Source: Lama guanicoe
Taxonomy: Eukaryota
Direction: 5' to 3'
Length of the DNA: 64,000 bases
Assembly: GCA_013239625.1 (NCBI GenBank)
Contig: MU053645.1
Coordinates: 1-64,000 of the forward strand
In this document: positions 27,215-39,489 of the stretch, one piece after another
Position numbering within the stretch: position 1 is the stretch's first letter
Layout of the letters: every line of letters begins with the position of its first letter
Made by a program: the position numbers and the translations under genes
Notes under the pieces: generated by a model
Told to the model about the DNA's origin: nothing
The model's database searches: none
What the model saw: the letters and a program-made list of their open reading frames with translations, nothing else

Positions 27215-27345
27215 AGGTAAGAGACATTATTACCTTATTTCACCAAAATGGAGACAAAGGAACAAAGTGGTTAAGCAGCAATCGGAAAGTCACATGGTTG
27301 ATGAGTGGCAGAGTTGAGACACAAACCCTCATCTGTCTTTCAGAA
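27215..27345 (-). mobile_element. MIR fragment
   Basis: ggttaag...aagtcacatgg...gagtggcagagttgaga...aaaccc. Confidence 0.6.
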
Positions 27346-27580
27346 GGCTCTGATTTAAAATGAGTGACCATGAAAACATCCCACTATTCACCCTTCTGGA
27401 GAAACTAGCTAGGCTAGATCATGGGTCTTGACAACTACCTCCATTTCCTGTGCCCTAAGAACCTGTTGAAATCCTTTACGTAGTTTGTGCACTGGTGTAT
27501 CTCTAATTCAGCATGGCCCTTCTTTTGTGGATTCCCAAGTAGACAGGGGTGATTTTGTTTTGCTCTAGAGTGCACAGATC

Positions 27581-27785
27581 CAGTGATGTGCTGGAGCTGG
27601 CTCAGACCAGTGCACGAGAGCTGAGTCTCTGCGTCACTTGCCGATGCAGCTTTCAGTGACATCATCTTGGTGGCTAAAAATAGTTGGGCACAGTAGGGGG
27701 ATTTTAAACCAAGGAAAGTGGAAATCCTGGAAACCAGAACGGCACACCTCCTCCCCTGGGTACCCGTTTCATGCGCATTACTGCC
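27581..27785 (+). mobile_element. hAT-Blackjack MER63-like element
   Basis: cagtgatgtgctggagctggctc...ttcagtgacatcatcttggtggct. Confidence 0.7.
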
Positions 27786-28269
27786 CAGCCCCGGCCACGC
27801 AGGCATTGTCTCTAGGCTTATTATAGGAGAAAGTGCTGCGTCATAGTGCAGAACTGTCTAATATGAATGACTGCGTGGCAGAACTTGCGTGTGCTTGTGG
27901 ACCCTGATAACTTTGTGCAGTCCTTATCAACCTTGCTAAAATTAAAAAAAAAATCTTCACATGGTTTTAAGAAACCTACCTCTAAGCGTATTATTCACTG
28001 CCAGTGTGGTTTTAGCATTACCTGGGCATAGCAGATTCCCAAACGTGAGATAATTAGCTTTATCTCCCTGCCGTCCTAGGACACGGGATGCTTTGTGGGA
28101 GCTGTTGTGCTTTTTGGAAAGTGTTTTCTCCTTGCAGCCCCAATAACATACATTTGTCCAACTGTAGGCACAGTTTCCTTTGGCCCTGGCAAAACCTGAT
28201 TTTCTAGTTTGCCTTCCTCTGACATCCAGACACTTGCTGCTCGGCAGGTCATTTTAAAGTGACCAACAA

Positions 28270-29460
28270 TCCACTGGCTTCCACCTGCACAAATGCACCT
28301 GGACTCTTGGGTACAGCAGGCTGAAAGGTGGTTTGTAACAGAAACTGGAACATGAATCTGTGTCTCTAACAGGGGAACCATACTTCTTAACCCCTCTTTA
28401 CTTCCTTGATAATCCCTTCTGCTAAAAGCTTCCTTTCTCTAAATGCCTGTTCCATGGAGAACTTCAAGTATTATCTCTAATATTCATTCATTCGTTAGAT
28501 TGGGAATGGTATAAGCGACTAAGATCAAGAGCAACATGCAGCTTCTGAGGATGTACGTGCATTTCCCGGTTTCCTCAGAAAGCTAACATCAACAAGAACA
28601 TTTTGATGACATTCTGGTTTCTATGACAACTTGCATATGCCATTTTATCCTAGAGGCAGAAACATTTAACAATGATGTTTACAGGCTGGATGGATTAGCA
28701 GCAAAAATATGCAGCCTAGTAGGTGACTACTATCACTGTGAGATAGTTTGTGTGTGCATGTTTGTGTATGTGTGTTTTGGAAAGGTGAGGTGTTTAGTTG
28801 GAGATTAGGTGCTATAAAGCCTCCTGTTTTATTGAAGAAGCTGGAAATTCCTATTAAAGAGATCCTGAGGTAATGAGTCAACTTTCTGTGTTCTGTGTCC
28901 TAAGATGACACTTGTTGTGTGAGGGCATTGTGATCTGAGATCTTTAAAGCAGAGGTCTCCAATTATTTCTGATCTTACATTTCTGTTTTAAAAAGAAATT
29001 TGCTTATACCCTAAGGATGTACTTTGCTCATTTTATATCTACTTCTACTAAAAAAAGATGATGTCTATGTTACGGGAGAGAAAATTTGAAGTCAAAATAT
29101 GATGAGCTAAAACGGGTAGGATTGGAAGCTCTAATGTGACTTTGTGGAACTGCAGGGTTAATATGGTGCTCACCTTGAGCAGCTGACACATAGATTAAGA
29201 AAGATCTTCTTTTTAAAAGACAAATTTGCTGTCATCACACCACTAATTAAAATCTGTAAATGGCTCCCCGTTTAAGCATAAGTTACAAGCTCCTTAACAA
29301 AGTTTCTGATTTTTGTGTGTGTGTGGTTTAGGAAGTAGCTGTTGCTGGTGTTATAGTTATTTCTGTATTTATTATGTTTCAAAAGGAAGTCATAGCATCT
29401 AAAGGAATTACTGTTGCATTTATTGTCAGGATATGTGCTTTAGAAAGAAGTGAGTACTAT
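28270..29460 (+). repeat. Module copy C
   Basis: Shares blocks with copy A (atgacaact, ctatcactgtga, ttttattgaagaagct, ttctgtgtcctaa). Confidence 0.8.
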
Positions 29461-30007
29461 GCCTCTCTCTCTCGGCACCAAATCTTACACACTGCTCTTT
29501 GATGCTGAGACTCTAATGCTATTGTTAAATGAACTCTTGTCCAAGTTATTATTTATCTCAATAATTAATAAGGGAACCTATAAACTATTAAACAGTTTTC
29601 AAATAAGAATTTGAGATACCGAGCTTGTTTTTCTATAGGACAAATTGTATGTGCTTTGCTAAGAATAGGAATCATTTACATTGCTATGAACAAGAAATAA
29701 CAGCAATACTGTCTGTTTTCTACATGAATGTTTATGTCTCTTATAGATTGGTAAAGTTGTCTAATCAATCAAATACAATGAAAAGGCCATCTGTCTACAG
29801 AATGAACTAGCCAATCCCTGGAGGGCCCATTAGCCAATGCCTGACGTTCCACTGTAGGGCCCCGGTAATCTCTTGTGCCTATTTTCAAGTCTTTGACATG
29901 TTTTCCAGGCAGAGTGGTATTAAGAGCTCAAATTTTAAGAGAATTCCTCACTAGTAGAATTTTTTTTTTCTCTTCATTCCCTGCATAAGTGCTCAAAGTT
30001 ACCACTC

Positions 30008-30026
30008 TGGCCAGTAGGTGGCACTT
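30008..30026 (+). promoter_or_regulatory. CTCF-binding motif candidate
   Basis: TGGCCAGTAGGTGGCACTT, in a context paralogous to 26489. Confidence 0.7.
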
Positions 30027-30039
30027 GTGATATCGTGCT

Positions 30040-30370
30040 CATTGTGTGCAGCTGACACACTAATGAATAAATATTGTCAATAAACATTCTCTTTATTTAT
30101 TCTCAGTAAAGGAAATAAACAAGTTTCCTGCCATCACACCACTAACTGAAGCCTGTAAATGGCTCTCTGTCTATTATATAAACATAAGATAAGAGTTCCT
30201 TAACAAATGATCTGGATTTTTGGTTTTGCATTTTAGAAAATGGATGTTGCTAATGTTAGAATTACCTCTGTATTTATTGTGTTTCAGAAGAAATGCATAA
30301 TATCTGCAAGACTTGCTGTTGCATTCTTTGTCAGCTATATGCTTTAGGAAGAAGTAGGTCCTGGTTAAAG
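30040..30370 (+). repeat. Direct duplicate of 29170-29460
   Basis: Both copies contain catcacaccactaa...ctgtaaatggctc...tccttaacaaa...ctgtatttatt.tgtttca...ctgttgcatt. Confidence 0.9.
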
Positions 30371-30409
30371 GATAGCAAAGTCTTTTGGCTCCATATCCTG
30401 TACACTGTT

Positions 30410-30900
30410 CATGATACTGAGACCAGGAGTCTGCCAAGTCCATTACCAACCTGCTCCCTGTTGGACTCTGCCAGTCAGGTTTACCAAAGGGAGACAGGAA
30501 AGAGAAGCAGAATGGACCTTCCTCTCTGGTCCTAGGTCTCCCAATGTCACTTGAATAAAGGCCCTAAGCAAAAATAAGGCGATATGATTTCAGTAGGGGC
30601 AGAATATCTAAAATACATTTTTTTCATCCAAATTTCAAGGACTTGATTTATCAGGTCCCCTCAGAAAGATCAGTGCTAGCACACTGGTGAACTAACTCTC
30701 TCTCTCTCTCTCCAGGGTTCTGGGTCTCAACTTTGAGGGTGGCCTCCTCTGAGATTCCGATGCTCTGGCATGAGCAGAGGAAGGACCCCTCATCTAAACT
30801 CATGAGTTCTCAGAACTGCTATATTTTCGCTTGTTTTCTCCAGACCTAAGAGTTCTAGCCCATTCTTACCTCTGCTATCTCCACATTACTTCATAGTTTC
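30410..30900 (+). mobile_element. ERVL solo LTR (LTR41-like), related to 22520-23262
   Basis: ccaggagtctg...agggagacaggaaa...aaaggccct...tttcagtaggg. Confidence 0.55.
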
Positions 30901-31085
30901 CCTTATGCCTTTTTCAGCCTCAAAACAATTCTAAGTTAACTCTGACTGAAAAAAAAGAAAGAAAAGAAAGAAGAAAAAAGAGGGCTCTTGCTTGTTAATC
31001 ATGACTGTTTTTGGTTTTGTTTCTTCTCTTTTCTGTTTTTCTCCTTGGCTTTGTTTTCTGTTTACTACAACTGGCCTAGGGGTGG

Positions 31086-31087
31086 GG

Positions 31088-31126
<39 letters not shown>
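31086..31126. repeat. (TG)n microsatellite
   Basis: Visible run. Confidence 0.95.
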
Positions 31127-32819
31127 AAGGTTATGTTTGTTTTTCAAACACATCTTAAATATTCTACTTGATTTTTGTTCATTATTTTGGAAAATTCTCC
31201 GCTGTTGTCCCTTCCAATATTTTTACTTTCCCAGAATCTCTCCTGGAACTCCTTACATACCTCTTAGGTGTTTCAGTATATACATTTGAAAAAGAAATAT
31301 TTCCTTTGATCAATATAAAATATCAGCCTAAGAACTTTTCAAAGATCTTTTCCTTATGTTTTCTTTGTATGGGACCATTTTGCTACCATTGATTACTTTC
31401 TTTTTGTTCACTTATATCTGATAGCTCATTTCATGCCTCCTTAAATTCTCTATAAAGTTATATTTAAGTGTATATGTACATATAAAAACACCCTCTGTGT
31501 AATATTTTACAATATGATGGGGAAAAATCAAGTTTCCCTTTACTATTCGTTTCCATTTTTGTTACTCTCTTGTTTCATGTGTAACTATGTTATCAGATTT
31601 CCGTTTACCATTCAAGACTCATTTGTACCCCATTTTATCCTGAGATAAACATACATAGCATTGCTCTCTACGTGTAGTATAGTGTTTTACATGACCTGTA
31701 TCATTTGCACTTCGTTGATCTCTAAGCTTATTATATTAACTGGAATTTTTCTTCTGTGTCAATGCATTTAGCTCTGCATCAGTCTTTGTAATGGATAAAT
31801 AACACATCCTTCTTGGCTTAGACTATCAATTTTTAAGCCTGTCCCGTGGATAACACATTGCTATATCCAATTATGTCATTGTGGTTATAATGAACTATGA
31901 TGCAATGACTTATCTTGTGTACATGAGCAATTTCTTATCCTTGTGCACGACACAGGGGAATTGATAGGGTCTGAAAGACACATCTTGTTCCCTCACTTGA
32001 ATGTTAATAATTACAAAGGTCTCACCTTTAGGAAAAGAAACTACTCTTCACTTTTTAACCGAAAACACTATGCTTGATATTATTACAATTACAGGGCACA
32101 CTAGATACCTTTCCTATGGCAGGGTAATAGGGACTGAAGGGTTAAAGAGCACCTTGGAAAGAAAGTTGTCCTGCTGGACTGGAGAAACAATCTGAGTTTT
32201 GTAAAGGAATGGGCTTTGAAAGGGAGGGTATTCACTCTAGTCTTAAAATAATGTCTTAAAGATAAACCATGAGTGTTGCAAAGTTCTTTTTCTGAAGTGC
32301 TCATGTTTTCACTTTGCTAAGTAGGAGACGGTCTGGTCTTCTAAGGCATCTACCTGAAGAATAGGTTTTGTGACTGGTTATTTGTTTAGAGAACAATCAG
32401 GAGTCAGAGATTCAGTACTGAAAGTTTGGTAACGTGAATATGTGTATGCATATTTACAGTCATACGATATAATTCAGAAAATGAGGAATAAGTCTAACCT
32501 AATTTATTCCGAATTAGCAAACTGAGGGCAATTTTGTGCATCCTCAGATTGCAATAGTTGCCATTTAAATGCTATGGACAAAAGACAACCTTCCTAAAAT
32601 GAGGCACGACCCCTCTGAAGAAATATATGAATTGGTGAACAACGTAAAAGGACAATTTTAAAGACAGAAATTCTTATGTAATTGTTCTGAAAATTCACTG
32701 CTAACCTAATGGTATCTTATAAACTTTTTAAAAATGTACATGGGAAAATATATGCTAAAATTAATCCGGAGAGGAAAAGGTGCAATAATAGGCAATAATG
32801 TGTTTTCCTTATAAATACA

Positions 32820-33830
32820 ATTTTATAGACTGTGCCTTTATTATGGTAAGGGGAAATTCTTACTCATATTTTATGAAACTACTTTTCTGGGCAGCCTTTA
32901 AAATTATAAATCCTAAAGATTACAAGAGCTTTGCTAAATAGTAATTGTAGTCAGGAGTCCAAGGGGTAAAGATGAAAAGAAATGAATTACTTCCTCCTGG
33001 TAATGGTGTGGTGGCTTTTTTTTTTTAATTAAGAAAATTATCCTGATTTTGAGAGAATTCCTTGCCGAAGATTATCTTTTTTCCCCAGTAGTTATTAAAG
33101 CCCTCACTTAAGAAAGGAGTTAACAAAATAGAGCTTCCAAAATAATTCCTCCAAAAACCATGGCTGTTGATTGGAGAAATAAAGTTAATTTGCAGCTAAT
33201 TCTTCCATTCTTTAACTAAAGAGTGAATGTCATACATAGAACAAAAATTAAACAGGGACTTTGAAAAATTAAAATACTCAATTGAAGAATTTATTTCTTA
33301 ATGATCTAAAATTGACCATGATATTGTACATTTCAGAACTTTCAATTATAGTATTTCCTTATTGTTATAATTTCATTGTGTACTCAGTCTTTTTAGACAG
33401 TGTTTGGCTGAACTCTAAAGTGCAATATCAGATATACTTTTATACCCATGGACCTTTGAGAAATTGAATTTATTTGAAAAAATTAGTATGGTATTTTTCA
33501 ACATTCTATGGCATTGGTACTGGTGTGCAAAAGGGGATCAATATTTATATATCTTCATTTTTCTCTCTGTCTCTTGTGAATGTGGAGTGTGTGTGTATGT
33601 GTGTGTGTGTGCTGGAGTGTGGGGAGGTTTTTGTTTGGAGGCTAATCAATCTGATTTTATGGAAAAAGTTTATAAGTCCTGCTGAGGGGAAACTGGAGTG
33701 ACTGAATCACTATTTTTCCCTCTCTTTTTTTTCCCTGTGTCCTCAGATGACACCTGTAGTTTGAGAGCTGATTTGTCTCTGAGTTCTCTAAAACAGAGGC
33801 CTCCAAAGCTGTACGATCACATACGCCGTC
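32820..33830 (+). repeat. Module copy D (uninterrupted paralog of 14220-14750 plus 21273-21870)
   Basis: aatagagcttccaaa vs aatatagcttccaaa; tagtatttcctta vs tagtatgttcctta; ctgtgtcctcagatgacac vs ctgtgtcctaagatgacac; aaaacagaggcctc. Confidence 0.7.
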
Positions 33831-35109
33831 CAAGAAAAATGCTTGTGCAGATTATCACCAAAATATGTATATTTAAATATCATAACGTATTTCATATCAT
33901 ACACACAAGTATGTGAAAAGAAACATACACATATATGATTTATCATGGGAATAATTTTTACATTATGAAACATAAACTTTGAAGTCAATAATACATGAGC
34001 TAAAATATACAAGTGAATTATAATACATGTTTCTACAATGAATACAGAAAATTGGAAAAATATATCGCAATCCATTAACACAGTATATCTGAGTGGGAAG
34101 GTGGCAAGTCACACTGAGAAAACAATTTCATCTTTCACATTATTCACTTCTGTATTGCTCAAAATTTTTAAAAATACATTTTGGAAACACTGAAGACATT
34201 TAAAAAAAAAGATATCCCGGTAAAATGATGTTGAAAATATTTATTTACGTGAGAAGGTGGTCAAATGTGCTGTTGAATGAAGAAATATAGTTTTATATAA
34301 TATGTGCATGTATGTGTGTACAGATGCATAGGAAATGTGTTGGAAGCACATGCACCATAATATTAACAGTGAATGTCTTCTCTGTATTTCTTTCTACATA
34401 TATTTTAGTTCCTCTAAGCTCCTTAAAGTTGTTTTAGAACAAAAATATATCAACATCAGGGACCCTAGTTTGGTTGCATACACACGAGAACATTCTCTCT
34501 CTCTGTCACACACACACACACGGTACTATTAAATCTTTGTGTCCAAAAAGGATGCTATCATGAAAGCAGTAGTTCTGAAATAGGAATGGATTAGCATAAC
34601 CTAAGTAACATAATTTGGAAATATTTTGATATGCAGCAGAAGGAGGAAATAAATATATCATCTACAATATAGCTGATATTAAGTTATCACACCTCTTTCA
34701 GAATAACATATGTTCTAGAATCGGTGTGGGGAATATTGTTAATTAAGTTTGTTCAATTGGTTTGATTTCCTTCCTGCTTTGTACTTTATGGATTGACATT
34801 AGAAATGCACAGTACCCGGATTACCACATTTGATGCCATTTGAGCCCTGGAAAAGCAGTGTACCTCAGAAGCGCTGAACAGGGCAAAGGCTCTGGTGGAC
34901 AGGAGTTGGAGTGAGAATCAAGAGATCCAGCCAGCAGAACCAGATCTACCATGGTCCGTATAATATTGGATAAGACTGTTCCCATTTTCCTAAACATGTT
35001 TTTGAGATCGTTTTATGTTGAGATTTTATGGCACAATTGATTTTCTCCTTGCTCTACAGCTACTATATGCAGGTTGCAGCTGAAGGCCTGTACCTCAAGT
35101 AATCTTATA

Positions 35110-36010
35110 TTTTTAATTGCTATAAATATATATATATATTATGCAATTTTCCATCTAACCATTCTAAGTGTACAGATTCATATTGTTATGCAATCATCGC
35201 CACCATCCATCTCCAGAATTTTTTCATCTTTCAAAATTGAAACTCTGTACCTATTAAATATCTCCCCATTCCATTCTCCACTCAGTGCATGAGAAACACC
35301 ATTCTACTTTCTATCTCTATGAATTCGACTACTCTGAGTTTGAGGTACTTTTTAATACTCACATAAGTGGAATCATATGTTATCGGTCCTTTTGTGATTT
35401 GTTTTTTTCACTTAGCATAATGTCTACAAGATTCAGTATTGTTGTAGCATGTGTCAGAATCTCCTTCTTTTTGAAGGCTGGATAATTTTCCATTGTATGA
35501 CTATAACACATTCTGTTTATTCATCTCAAAATCAGCATGGCTTACTTCCACATTTTGGCTATTATGAATAATGCTGCTGTGAACATGGGTGTACAAATAT
35601 CTGTTTGAGTCTCCAACTTCAATTCTTTTGGGTGTATAGCTAGGGGTAGAATTGGTAGATCATAATTCTATTTTCATTTATAAAATTACATTTAACTTTA
35701 TAAAAGTAAAATATTTAAATTTTAATTTTATACATAATTCTATTTAAAAAATTTGTGATGGTCCACCATAATGATTTCCATAATGCTGCCCCAGACTACC
35801 TTCCCACCAGCAATGTACAAGGCTTCTAATTTCTCCACATTCTTGCCAAGGTTTGATACTTTCTGTTTTGTTTCGTTGTTTTGTTTCGTTGTTTTGTTTG
35901 TTTGTTGTTGTTGTTGTTGCTTGGATAATAGCCATCCTAATAGGTGTGAAGTAGTGTGGCACTGAGGCTTTAAATTGAATTCCTCTAATGATTAATGACA
36001 TTGAACATAT
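35110..36010 (-). mobile_element. LINE-1 3' part (L1MB-like)
   Basis: Antisense 3' UTR and ORF2 C-terminus. ORF 35744-36034 contains SLIIRGIQFK...YFTPIRMAII. Confidence 0.85.
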
Positions 36011-36234
36011 TTTCTGAGGGGGTGCAATATCCAATGTCCCTGAAATTAGAAGAAAATTTACAAACTGGTCTTTCTTGCCCCTACAGGAACTACATAGCCC
36101 TGCTGGCTGAAGGCCTTTGTTGGGATGACACTGACAGAGAGCAAGAAGAATCAGAAAGGAAATGTAAGCTGCTTCTCTTTCCTCTTGATTTCCTGTCTCC
36201 CTGTGGCATTCTGAATGATCAGACCCAAATGGTT
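36010..36234 (-). repeat. Diverged inner flank of the right arm (LTR part), mirror of 22564-22790
   Basis: ccctgctggctgaaggcctttgttgggatgacactg vs cagtgttatcccaacaaaggcccttcagccagcaggg, with many substitutions and indels around it. Confidence 0.85.
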
Positions 36235-37502
36235 GGTAAAGGAAAAACAGTTATCAGAGTCCTGGCCACAGCACCTGTACACACTCTAATGCGTGTTGAC
36301 TGAGAGATTCAGATTTCCCTTACCTGCCATCTGCTTCCTCTTAAAGTGCATTTCATACAAGGAAGTCAGCAATAAGTACTGAGAAGACTATGCTTCTCTC
36401 TGAAAACATAATTAATAGAATGAATTACTAACTGCATCATCAACAATATCTCCTCGCAGGCACTTAAGCTGACATGAAACTGTCTTTGTTCAGGGACCTG
36501 TGCTTTATGCTACAGGTAAAGGGCAGTCACATTGAGATGGAAATTGCTGGTGAAAAAAAAACCAGATAAATATTGCTTTAGAGAACTGGTTTCCAAAATG
36601 ATACTCAACTATGTGAGTGGCTGTAAGCAAGATGATGATGAATTGGAGCCCAGAGAGATAACACTAGATTTTTCCAAACATTTAAAATCTAATCCTTTAT
36701 ACCAGCGGTCCCAAACTATCTGGCCTGCTGCCTTTTTTTAAAATCAATTTTATTGGAACATAGTTGCCCTCATTTTTTATCTTGATGTCTATGGCTGATT
36801 TGCTGTTACAATGGCAGAGCTGAGTAATTGGGATAGAGACTTGTATGGCCCCCAAAGTATAGGGTATCTAATATCTGTCATTTCAATGAAAAATTTGCCA
36901 ACTCCTGTTTTATAACTTCCCGTTTTACGTGTGCTTCTTAAATTGTGAAAAGATTATTACTCTATGTAGCTATTATCATGACCTATGACACATCTTTAAA
37001 GTACTAGAAAAAAAGCGTTCTTAAACAAGGATGCTTGCTTAGAAAAATACAGAGGCCTTTGTTTTATTAAATTAGATATCAAATTGGCCCACCTAGCACA
37101 CAGTGCTACCATCTTCGTTGACAGAATCAAGGAAGGGAAAACTGGCTGGGGACTCAGCCCCCTCAGGATCCTCTTCACATGAGCTGCAATTGTCTCCCAC
37201 AAAATAGGAGGGATCTAGCACCATCAACCCCCAGCATATACCTCAACCCACAGACACAGACACATACAAACACCCTATGATGATAGACTTTGTATAGGCC
37301 TGTAAATGATGCCGATTTCCCCCCTTTTCTGCCTGTAATTCTATATGATCAATCTATCGGAAACTGATAGCATGGTCAGTTGCCACAAAACCAACATGTT
37401 ACATATTTCTTGCATTAGTGTGGCATTGTATGAAAACGAGGATATATACAATCACTCTCAGGGTCAGATTCATAGTTGGGAGGTCAGCCACTCTACCCTA
37501 TG
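36235..37502 (-). repeat. Inverted repeat, near-identical right core (module copy B')
   Basis: Reverse complement of 21410-22563, plus a 117-bp segment (36336-36452) missing from the left core. Confidence 0.98.
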
Positions 37503-39489
37503 CCACTCCGACTAACCAATGAACAAAAACTTATTAAGGAATATACTAGCAGCCTTTAAATAGTAGGTATTTCATGAGCCAAACTTTCCAAACAATGGTA
37601 ACAAAGAAATTTTTGGCTTGTTTATAGGCTCAGATTTCTCATAGACTCACTGTCAGGATTAACTTGGAACCAACAATACCACATGCTTGGTCCTGAAGGG
37701 ATGCCAAAATCTGCAGACCTTTAAAGTTGTCTCCAATACTCAATTGCCACAGTTGAGCCCTGAACTCAGGAACAGGGAAGAGGCATTGGAAACATCTCAG
37801 ATGCCCTTAACTTAGTGCCTCAGGACAGACTTCCACGTCAAGGAGGCTCTGACTGCCACCATTGACCAACAGAAATACACACTCAATTCTACTAAAGTTG
37901 TGTCACAGGAATTCCCGATAGCAGACTGTGGTGCACAGAATATTCAGTCAGTTCCTCACACTGATCTATTACCTCAGCCTTCAGGCATAAGTCACTGCAA
38001 CCCCAGTTGCCAAGAAATTCCCTTGGCACTTGAATCACAAGATGGATATATACTTTCTGTGACTCATTAAATTTATCATTAGAGCATCAGCATCATACCA
38101 GATGACAATGTCTAAACATGTGACTCACATTGCTATGACTGAGTAAATGAAGTAGAAGAGAAGATGTCAGAACCTGACATTGTGATGACTCTGTGCAGAA
38201 CATTGGGCTAAAGCAATATACAGGAAAGTTTTTTTTTGTTTTTTTGAATACAGAAGTTATCATCAGAGATTCTTTTGTTATAACGGGCTGTCACGATGGT
38301 AAGTTGGTTGGTGTGGGTGGAATGCCCACAAGCTCTCAGGATACTTTGTATAAATATCATGATAGGAGAAGGTAGAGATATCAAAGCCTTCAGGTACAGA
38401 GGCAGGCAAGCCTCACATGGATTTACTGTCTAGGCCAAAACAGGCAGTCAATATATGGAAAATATATATGAAGATAATAGGAAGAAGGAAAAGAGTTCTG
38501 ACAAGAGGTTGAACTCCCACAGACTGCCCTCTGTTTGACAAACACTGAGAAATGAATTTCAACAAGTGACATTTAGGAATTTACTTCCCTTAGGAAATGC
38601 TGGAATTTACACACTGCCAATGGTAATGATGTTCAGTTGTATGACTCTTACAGATATGATAGATTAAGAATTTTGAAAAGAAACTGAATGAGGGTTGACA
38701 AGGAACTCCCTGATTTATTAAGGTTCACAAATATATATATAGTTTCTGTCACACATAGCTATTCAGCTTAAGAGAGACACAACTGTTACAGTGAATCTCA
38801 GAATTAAAAACAAAGAGAAAATCCCCTTTGTCATCAGTCCTGGGCTGTCTTATTCAAGAAGCCACCACATTCTTCCTGGGATACACAGAAATAAGGCCAG
38901 GTGGGACAGTCATTGCATGTGTATAAGTGAAGGAAAGTTTTCAGTAGTTTCTCTATGAGGGAAAAACCAAGACAGATATCATGACCCACATTACAGCTCT
39001 TATAATTTTTTCATGGATGTAAAATAGTAGGGTGGGTCCATGGGTAGCTTTCCCACCAGAGAATCATTCAGTAAGTTAGTTGAGGTTTGAGTGTGGTTCT
39101 GCTACTCAAGCCATGCATGGCTATAAGCATTTTTCTTAGCTGCTCTGTTTCCAAGTCTCCCTTTCTAACAAAGAGACAAAATATCAACATCTCTTCAATG
39201 CAAGGATTGATTAGAGGTCACAAACATGCACTGTATTTTATGTGGAATATCAAGGATGAATAAAAGTGTTAAAAAAAGTCCAAGGTTATTTCTGGTAGTA
39301 TGGAGGGGACCACAGTTCATGGGAATATAAGACTTCAGTCTAGAAATGCTGGGCTCCAATTGTTGGCATTTAAATTGCCAGCCGATAAATATTTAGATAT
39401 TTTTCTAAACTTTCTCAGCATGCTGCGTGGGGAAGGAAAATGAGATTTATTACACACCCTCAAGTTCACAGTAAGGAAACATTAAAAAA

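Noticed and set aside
13658..28740. V(D)J RSS heptamers CACTGTG in module copies A and C
   Set aside because: There is no nonamer at 12 or 23 spacing and no V or J coding motif nearby.
28560..28745. Beta-defensin-like Cys spacing on the - strand (CKHHC...GICKL) after an acceptor-like cacag
   Set aside because: It has three in-frame stops and no terminal CC, and the frame and cysteines are not kept in paralogous copies A, B or A'.
33160..33196. MHC class II Y-box and octamer-like string (tgattggag...aatttgca)
   Set aside because: There is no X box upstream, no leader exon downstream, and only a weak match in the paralog at ~14545.
37275..37370. C/D box snoRNA candidate (ATGATGA...CTGA), with GTGATGA also in copy A
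   Set aside because: There is no canonical terminal stem, the D box is absent in the other copies, and the C box is mutated in C and A'.
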